From assembly GCA_043228905.1 (NCBI GenBank), contig JBHGNT010000096.1, positions 1 through 64,000 of the forward strand: a stretch of 64,000 bases of DNA. Reading direction: 5' to 3'. The notes below the pieces were generated by a model. It saw only the letters and a list, made by a program, of their open reading frames with translations, was not told the DNA's origin and did no database searches. This DNA is from Azolla caroliniana (lineage: Eukaryota; Plantae; Polypodiophyta). Below, in pieces: positions 56,611-64,000 of the stretch (positions within the stretch are counted from its first letter, which is position 1; each line of letters starts with the position of its first letter). The translations under genes were made by a program, and so were the position numbers.

Positions 56611-58535
56611 ACCCAACTAAACGTGTGTGGTATTTTGTTAATGGTAACTCTACCCCCCTAGATTCCTCTAATTGGCTAGGTAACATGTCACATAGAATCC
56701 CCTTTAGACCACATACAAAAAAAACACGTAAAAAGAAACTTAGATATAAATTTTGGAAACCCCTTACAACACCCTTTAGTCCCCCTCATAGTAGTAAAAT
56801 CCACAACCTTTCTACACATACCCTTAGCAAGTCAGAAATTAAACTTCTTAACCTAGGTCTTAAGTTTATACCTCCCTCCCCCCCCCCCACCTCCACTTCT
56901 ATTCTTCAAGAATTCCATAACCTTAGTAGATCCCTTAGACTTAGACATTTCTTTCAAGACGACTCCTCCGCCCCACACAACCCCTTTAAACTACCCAACC
57001 CCTCTTGGAACCCCCCTACACAATACCCACCGTTAGAAGACATACTTCATAAACACCTTAATCTCCTCACCATAAAACTCCATAATACAAACCTACCCAC
57101 TAAACACATTCCACTACACCTACTACAAGCCTTAAAAAGCCTTAAAAGCAATAAACACATTATCATCCTCCCCGCAGACAAAAATGTAGGTGTTTGTGTC
57201 TTAAACAAACAAACATACCTAGATAAAGCCCTAGCTCACCTATCCGATACATCCACTTACAAACCCGTAGATACCTTCCCCTTAGAAGAACTCCTACATA
57301 GATTAAAAACCTTAATGAATCAACACCTAGGAACCCTCTCCCTCATAGAAATAAAATTCATCTTACACAAACCATCCAACGAATACCGAGTCCCCACCAT
57401 GTACTTCCTACCCAAAGTACACAAAGAACCCATTGGCTATAGGCCTATTTGTTCTTACAACGGTTCGTTATTTGAACAAACTTCTAAGTGGCTACACCAC
57501 CAACTCCTCCCCATACTCCTACAACAAAAACAATACCTTAGAGACTCATTCTCCTTAGTACAATCCCTAGAAAACCTTACGACACCACCCAATAGCTTCA
57601 TCTTTTCATTTGACGTAGAATCCCTCTACCCGAGTATTCCACCAAAACTAGGACTACTAGCCCTAAAACACCTAATTACCCCCCATTTCTCAAAACAAAA
57701 AGCCAACCTCATCTATACTCTCAGCGCCTTAACCTTAGAATATCACTTCCTTAAATTTAATAACCAAATCTATCAACAAATTAAAGGCACAGCCATGGGA
57801 AGCAATTTTTCCGTAGTATATGCTTGCCTTTTTTTGTCATACCTCGAGAATTCCAACCCATCTCCCCATTTATTTTATTTCACGAGATATATTGACGATG
57901 CCTTTGGTGTATGGACCGGTACGAAAACACAACTCTTAGACTACCTAAATTTCTATAGTATTACCACTCAAAACTCCATTAAACTGACCATCCAAACCTC
58001 TCTCACTAAACTTCCTTTTCTCGACCTTTGGATAAACCTCGCTAATAATAATTTCAACTTTAATTGTTTTCAAAAAGAACTTAATACTTACCAATACATA
58101 CCCTTCACCTCGACACATCCTATCCACGTCAAAAAAAGCTTCCTCTCGAACGAACTTAAAAGATACATTATTAGAGAAAGTACAGCCCAAGGTTATTTAA
58201 AAATGCAACAACTATTTTTTAAGAGACTACGAGCACGAGGATACCCTACACACTTTATCCTCAATATATTCAAAAAACACCCCTATTCCCTTAGACCAAC
58301 TCTCCTCTCAAACAAAACCATTAACCAAACCCCCACACCCATAATCTTTAAACTAAAATTCACACACCAAGCCCCTAATCTAGGAATAAAAGAAACCCTT
58401 ACTAGCCTACACTTAAACCTCCAAGAAGACCCTCTACTACAACACATCCCCAAACCAATAATTTGTTGGACTAAATCTAAAAATCTACACTCTTCACTAG
58501 TCAACACAAAAAACATTACTATAGATCCACACTAA
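56559..58535 (+). CDS. PLE reverse transcriptase (intact, no endonuclease domain), probably made as an ORF1-RT fusion
   Basis: IHNLS..LNLGLKF, ILPADKN, YFLPKVHK..YRPICS, SFDVESLYPSIP, QIKGTAMGS, RYIDD, LPFLDL, thumb YIPFTSTHP..LRARGYP. Stops shortly after PIICWTKSKNLHSSLV. The track start 56625 is a GTG; the frame is open upstream to the slippery site. Confidence 0.95.
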   Translation, partial: RLVRRAKRSNRRFRHAVHPTKRVWYFVNGNSTPLDSSNWLGNMSHRIPFRPHTKKTRKKKLRYKFWKPLTTPFSPPHSSKIHNLSTHTLSKSEIKLLNLGLKFIPPSPPPTSTSILQEFHNLSRSLRLRHFFQDDSSAPHNPFKLPNPSWNPPTQYPPLEDILHKHLNLLTIKLHNTNLPTKHIPLHLLQALKSLKSNKHIIILPADKNVGVCVLNKQTYLDKALAHLSDTSTYKPVDTFPLEELLHRLKTLMNQHLGTLSLIEIKFILHKPSNEYRVPTMYFLPKVHKEPIGYRPICSYNGSLFEQTSKWLHHQLLPILLQQKQYLRDSFSLVQSLENLTTPPNSFIFSFDVESLYPSIPPKLGLLALKHLITPHFSKQKANLIYTLSALTLEYHFLKFNNQIYQQIKGTAMGSNFSVVYACLFLSYLENSNPSPHLFYFTRYIDDAFGVWTGTKTQLLDYLNFYSITTQNSIKLTIQTSLTKLPFLDLWINLANNNFNFNCFQKELNTYQYIPFTSTHPIHVKKSFLSNELKRYIIRESTAQGYLKMQQLFFKRLRARGYPTHFILNIFKKHPYSLRPTLLSNKTINQTPTPIIFKLKFTHQAPNLGIKETLTSLHLNLQEDPLLQHIPKPIICWTKSKNLHSSLVNTKNITIDPH

Positions 58536-58892
58536 CTCCTCTCCATATTTTTATTTTTTTAAACCACAAGTTTTATCTCCCTATATTTACCACGTGAGGA
58601 TCTCCCCCTATCTTCTCCCTCTCTACCTTCACATTTCTTCTCTCTTAACTTTCCCTTTCTCTATCTCTATCTCCTCCTTCCCTCCCCTTCTCTTTCTCTC
58701 TCTACCTTTACCTTTCTCCCTCTCTAAATCATTTCTTTTTCCTCTCTCTCTACCTTTACTTTTCTCCCTCTCTACACTCTAAAACTCACCTCTTTTTTCT
58801 TTTCCTTTTTTCTCCCTCTCTACCTTTTCTTTTCTCTACGTCTCTCTTCTTTCTTTCTTTCTTTTTTTTCTTTTCTCTCTCTCTCTCTCTCT
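58536..58892 (+). other. Polypyrimidine-rich 3' UTR ending in (CT)n
   Basis: Strongly C/T-rich tract with a CT microsatellite at about 58875-58896 running into pLTR 2. Confidence 0.7.
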
Positions 58893-60063
58893 CTCTCCCT
58901 CTCTCTTTTCTCACCTTTTTTCACACTCTCTTCTCATTAGTTAAATTTCTCACTCTATCTCTCTCTCTCTCTCTCTCCTCATTCCCCATAACTATTAAAT
59001 TCGTATTCCCCTCGTTTTTCACCCACATCTTTACCTCGTACTAGCCACCATCACACACATATACACACCCCTCCCCTCACTTATCATACCCTCCGGTCAC
59101 CCACTTATCACCATTATTATACCCTCTAGTTACCCACTTATCTCTATCAAACTCATGATACCCACTCCCTCCCTTTACAAAATCATATCTTGCCCCCTTA
59201 TCACCGTGTTACACCACTCCCTCCCATACTCCTCACTTCTTTTCACATTTATCACTCTTGTCCACCACTTATCTTACACCCCCCTTACCACAAACCTATA
59301 TAAACTTACCTTTGTACTCGAAAATGACCTAAGCACTGATGAGCTCCATATATGAGCGAAACTAGTTTGCTACATAGGTCATATTAATATATATTTGATC
59401 AATATATATTTTCTTCTCAAGTGTCTATTGTTTTTATGTTGTGGTTAGTTGTGCTTTGAATAATATATATGCTATTTCAATCCCACTAAGTAAAACGTGG
59501 CACTCCCCCCTCTTTCCCTTAATCTTTAACCTACCCAATACCCGCAACCCTAAACTAATAACCCTAACACATTATATCCTCGCCAACCCATACCCTCATC
59601 ATCATACCTCTCCAAACATATCTCCCCTTACCACTAAAACCCTAAACCTACCAATCCTTAATACCTTTACTTTTGCACACACTACCCTAAACCCTCAGAA
59701 TATTTTAACCCATATACCCTAAACCCTCAGAACAAACCCATAAACCCTAAGAATAGTTAACCTAATAACACTAGTCGTAGCCTAAATAAATATCGTGCCC
59801 GCTTTCCTCGTGCAATACATCATATAGTCTACTAAACCCTAAACCCTCAGATATTTTACCCATATGCCCTAAACCCTCCGAACAAAACCCTAAACCCTTA
59901 AGATATTTAACCCAAAAACCTCAGTTAACCCATATACCCGAAACCTTCAAACCCAAACCCTAAATCCTCAAATAGTTAACCAAATAACACTAATCACAGC
60001 CAAAGAAGTATCGTGCCCGCACTCCTCGTATAAGACATTATATAGTCTATTAATATGGAAAAT
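58893..60063 (+). repeat. 3' pLTR (copy 2)
   Basis: Direct repeat of 52760-53928; joins satellite through shared GAAAAT (60058-60063). Confidence 0.96.
59324..59382 (+). ncRNA. Type I minimal hammerhead ribozyme, copy 2
   Basis: Identical to copy 1 (+6135); predicted cut after 59367. Confidence 0.93.
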
Positions 60064-61962
60064 GTTCATACCTGGCTCGTGTAATATCGGATTTTTGTGT
60101 TCAAACATGCGAATCGAAGCTAACAACGCTAGCTATGATATGGAGTTAAAAAATCAACATTTTGAAACTCAGGTCTAGAGACATGACGAAATTAGCAAAC
60201 ATGAGAAGGGAGTTGAGAGGAGCCCTTGAGTAAATGAAAATGTTCATACCTAGCTCGTGTAATATCGGATTTTTGTGTTCAAACATACGTATCGAAGCTA
60301 ATAACGCTAGCTATGATATGGAGTAAAAAAATCAAGATTTTGAAACTCAGGTCTAGAGACATGACGAAATTAGCAAACTTGAGGAGGGAGTTGAGAGGAG
60401 CCCTTGAGTAAATGAAAATGTTCATACCTGGCTCGTGTGATATCGGATTTTTGTGTTCAAACATGCGAATCGAAGCTAACAACGCTATCTATGATATCGA
60501 ATTAAAAAATCAAGATTTTGAAACTCAGGTCGAGAGACATGAAGAAATTACCAAATTTGAGGAGTGAGTTTAGAGGAGCCCTTGAGTAAATGAAAATGTT
60601 CATACCTAGCTCGTGTAATATCGGATTTTTGTGTTCAAACATGCGAATCGAAGCTAACAACGCTAGCTATGATATGGAGTTAAAAAATCAAGATTTTGAA
60701 ACTCAGGTCTAGAGACATGACGAAATTAGCAGACATGAGGAGGGAGTTGAGAGGAGCCCTTGAGTAAATAAAAATGTTCATACCTGGCTCGTGTGATATC
60801 GGATTTTTGTGTTCAAACATGTGAATCGAAGCTAACAACGCTAGCTATGACATGGAATTAAAAAATCAAGATTTTGAAACTCAGGTCTAGAGACATGACG
60901 AAATTAGCAAACATGAGAAGGGAGTTGAGAGGAGCCCTTGAGTAAATGAAAATGTTCATACCTATCTCGTGTAATATCGGATTTTTGTGTTCAAACATAC
61001 GTATCGAAGCTAATAACGCTAGCTATGATATGGAGTAAAAAAATCAAGATTTTGAAACTCAGGTCTAGAGACATGACGAAATTAGCAAACATGAGGAGGG
61101 AGTTGAGAGGAGCCCTTGAGTAAATAAAAATGTTCATACCTGGCTCGTGTGATATCGGATTTTTGTGTTCAAACATGTGAATCGAAGCTAACAACGCTAG
61201 CTATGACATGGAATTAAAAAATCAAGATTTTGAAACTCAGGTCTAGAGACATGACGAAATTAGCAAACATGAGAAGGGAGTTGAGAGGAGCCCTTGAGTA
61301 AATGAAAATGTTCATACCTAGCTGGTGTAATATCGGATTTTTGTGTTCAAACATACGTATCGAAGCTAATAACGCTAGCTATGATATGGAGTAAAAAAAT
61401 CAAGATTTTGAAACTCAGGTCTAGAGACATGACGAAATTAGCAAACTTGAGGAGGGAGTTGAGAGGAGCCCTTGAGTAAATGAAAATGTTCATACCTGGC
61501 TCGTGTGATATCGGATTTTTGTGTTCAAACATGCGAATCGAAGCTAACAACGGTAGCTATGATATGGAATTAAAAAATCAAGATTTTGAAACTGAGGTCG
61601 AGAGACATGACGAAATTACCAAATTTGAGGAGTGAGTTTAGAGGAGCCCTTGAGTAAATGAAAATGTTCATACCTAGCTCGTGTAATATCGGATTTTTGT
61701 GTTCAAACATGCGAATCGAAGCTAACAACGCTAGCTATGATATGGAGTTAGAAAATCAAGATTTTGAAACTCAGGTCTAGAGACATGACGAAATTAGCAG
61801 ACATGAGGAGGGAGTTGAGAGGAGCCCTTGAGTAAATAAAAATGTTCATACCTGGCTCGTGTGATATCGGATTTTTGTGTTCAAACATGTGAATCGAAGC
61901 TAACAACGCTAGCTATGACATGGAATTAAAAAATCAAGATTTTGAAACTCAGGTCTAGAGAC
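60058..61962 (+). repeat. 178-bp satellite, ~10.7 monomers, TCTAGA-rich variant set
   Basis: Same monomer and orientation; 9 of 11 monomers carry GGTCTAGAG. Confidence 0.97.
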
Positions 61963-62730
61963 CTATATAAACTTACCTTTGTACTCGAAAATGACCTAAG
62001 CACTGATGAGCTCCATATATGAGCGAAACTAGTTTGCTACATAGGTCATATTAATATATATTTGATCAATATATATTTTCTTCTCAAGTGTCTATTGTTT
62101 TTATGTTGTGGTTAGTTGTGCTTTGAATAATATATATGCTATTTCAATCCCACTAAGTAAAACGTGGCACTCCCCGCTCTTTCCCTTAATCTTTAACCTA
62201 CCCAATACCCGCAACCCTAAACTAATAACCCTAACACATTATATCCTCGCCAACCCATACCCTCATCATCATACCTCTCCAAACATATCTCCCCTTACCA
62301 CTAAAACCCTAAACCTACCAATCCTTAATACCTTTACTTTTGCACACACTACCCTAAACCCTCAGAATATTTTAACCCATATACCCTAAACCCTCAGAAC
62401 AAACCCATAAACCCTAAGAATAGTTAACCTAATAACACTAGTCGTAGCCTAAATAAATATCGTGCCCGCTTTCCTCGTGCAATACATCATATAGTCTACC
62501 AAACCCTAAACCCTCAGATATTTTACCCATATGCCCTAAACCCTCCGAACAAAACCCTAAACCCTTAAGATATTTAACCCAAAAACCTCAGTTAACCCAT
62601 ATACCCGAAACCTTCAAACCCAAACCCTAAATCCTCAAATAGTTAACCAAATAACACTAATCACAGCCAAAGAAGTATCGTGCCCGCACTCCTCGTATAA
62701 GACATTATATAGTCTATTAATATGGAAAAT
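61961..62730 (+). mobile_element. 5'-truncated pLTR (copy 3, 770 bp)
   Basis: Matches 59294-60063; 5' junction through AC microhomology (satellite TCTAGAGAC / pLTR ACCTATATAAAC). Confidence 0.95.
61991..62049 (+). ncRNA. Type I minimal hammerhead ribozyme, copy 3
   Basis: Identical to copies 1 and 2; predicted cut after 62034. Confidence 0.93.
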
Positions 62731-64000
62731 GTTCATACCTGGCTCGTGTAATATCGGATTTTTGTGTTCAAACATGCGAATCGAAGCTAACAACGCTAGC
62801 TATGATATGGAGTTAAAAAATCAAGATTTTGAAACTCAGGTCTAGAGACATGACGAAATTAGCAAACATGAGAAGGGAGTTGAGAGGAGCCCTTGAGTAA
62901 ATGAAAATGTTCATACCTAGCTCGTGTAATATCGGATTTTTGTGTTCAAACATACGTATCGAAGCTAATAACGCTAGCTATGATATGGAGTAAAAAAATC
63001 AAGATTTTGAAACTCAGGTCTAGAGACATGACGAAATTAGCAAACTTGAGGAGGGAGTTGAGAGAAGCCCTTGAGTAAATGAAAATGTTCATACCTGGCT
63101 CGTGTGATATCGGATTTTTGTGTTCAAACATGCGAATCGAAGCTAACAACGCTATCTATGATATCGAATTAAAAAATCAAGATTTTGAAACTCAGGTCGA
63201 GAGACATGAAGAAATTACCAAATTTGAGGAGTGAGTTTAGAGGAGCCCTTGAGTAAATGAAAATGTTCATACCTAGCTCGTGTAATATCGGATTTTTGTG
63301 TTCAAACATGCGAATCGAAGCTAACAACGCTAGCTATGATATGGAGTTAAAAAATCAAGATTTTGAAACTCAGGTCTAGAGACATGACGAAATTAGCAGA
63401 CATGAGGAGGGAGTTGAGAGGAGCCCTTGAGTAAATAAAAATGTTCATACCTGGCTCGTGTGATATCGGATTTTTGTGTTCAAACATGTGAATCGAAGCT
63501 AACAACGCTAGCTATGACATGGAATTAAAAAATCAAGATTTTGAAACTCAGGTCTAGAGACATGACGAAATTAGCAAACATGAGAAGGGAGTTGAGAGGA
63601 GCCCTTGAGTAAATGAAAATGTTCATACCTATCTCGTGTAATATCGGATTTTTGTGTTCAAACATACGTATCGAAGCTAATAACGCTAGCTATGATATGG
63701 AGTAAAAAAATCAAGATTTTGAAACTCAGGTCTAGAGACATGACGAAATTAGCAAACATGAGGAGGGAGTTGAGAGGAGCCCTTGAGTAAATAAAAATGT
63801 TCATACCTGGCTCGTGTGATATCGGATTTTTGTGTTCAAACATGTGAATCGAAGCTAACAACGCTAGCTATGACATGGAATTAAAAAATCAAGATTTTGA
63901 AACTCAGGTCTAGAGACATGACGAAATTAGCAAACATGAGAAGGGAGATGAGAGGAGCCCTTGAGTAAATGAAAATGTTCATACCTAGCTCGTGTAATAT
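62725..64000 (+). repeat. 178-bp satellite continuing past the window end
   Basis: Near-identical to 60058-61333. Confidence 0.97.

Larger units (their letters stand above)
52760..60063 (+). mobile_element. Penelope-like retroelement, endonuclease-deficient type, with direct pLTRs
   Basis: PLE-type RT motifs, 1.17-kb direct repeats with hammerhead ribozymes, ORF1/-1 frameshift/RT layout. No integrase, RNase H or GIY-YIG recognised; no TG..CA ends, TSD or poly(A). Confidence 0.93.
59294..64000 (+). repeat. 2667-bp tandem duplication of partial pLTR plus satellite (59294-61960 repeated from 61961 past the window end)
   Basis: ORF-track pairs 59441/62108, 60279/62946, 60991/63658; identical pLTR-satellite junction; only a few substitutions seen. 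Confidence 0.93.

Noticed and set aside
54480-58516. Minus-strand ORFs and the alternative-frame ORF 55475-55720
   Set aside because: Shadows of the ORF1/RT frames and CCG tracts with no recognisable domains.
56625-58535. Telomerase, group II intron or retron RT
   Set aside because: Motifs (LPKVHK..RPI, GTAMGS, YIDD, STHP, RGYP) and the pLTR-hammerhead context match PLEs; no TERT or maturase features seen.
52760-60063. Ty3/Ty1 LTR retrotransposon or DIRS element
   Set aside because: No TG..CA ends, PBS/PPT, TSD, protease, RNase H, integrase or tyrosine recombinase recognised; RT motifs are PLE-type.
1246-63861. Dozens of ~67-aa MLASIRMFEHK ORFs and occasional plus-strand ORFs
   Set aside because: Chance frames in satellite monomers that open when one variant removes a stop; 178 is not a multiple of 3.

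Overview
Eukaryotic satellite DNA, possibly centromeric. About 87% of the window is a head-to-tail 178-bp satellite on one strand (1-52732, 60058-61962, 62725-64000) with nested higher-order duplications; its ~67-aa ORFs are artefacts. The array is interrupted by a young 7.3-kb endonuclease-lacking Penelope-like retroelement (PLE, 52760-60063, + strand). Its ~1.17-kb direct terminal repeats (pLTRs) each carry a TATA-like box, a minimal type I hammerhead ribozyme and CCCTAAA telomere-like motifs. An 881-codon ORF1, broken by one in-frame TGA, is joined by a -1 frameshift signal (A_AAA_AAC plus hairpin) to a PLE reverse transcriptase with no GIY-YIG domain. The junctions show no target-site duplication: the 3' end has 6-bp microhomology and the 5' end has slippage filler plus a telomeric repeat. 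A 2667-bp unit (TATA, ribozyme, pLTR 3' part and ~10.7 satellite monomers) is then tandemly duplicated, so satellite is bracketed by two ribozymes. All comparisons were made by eye and the host cannot be identified.
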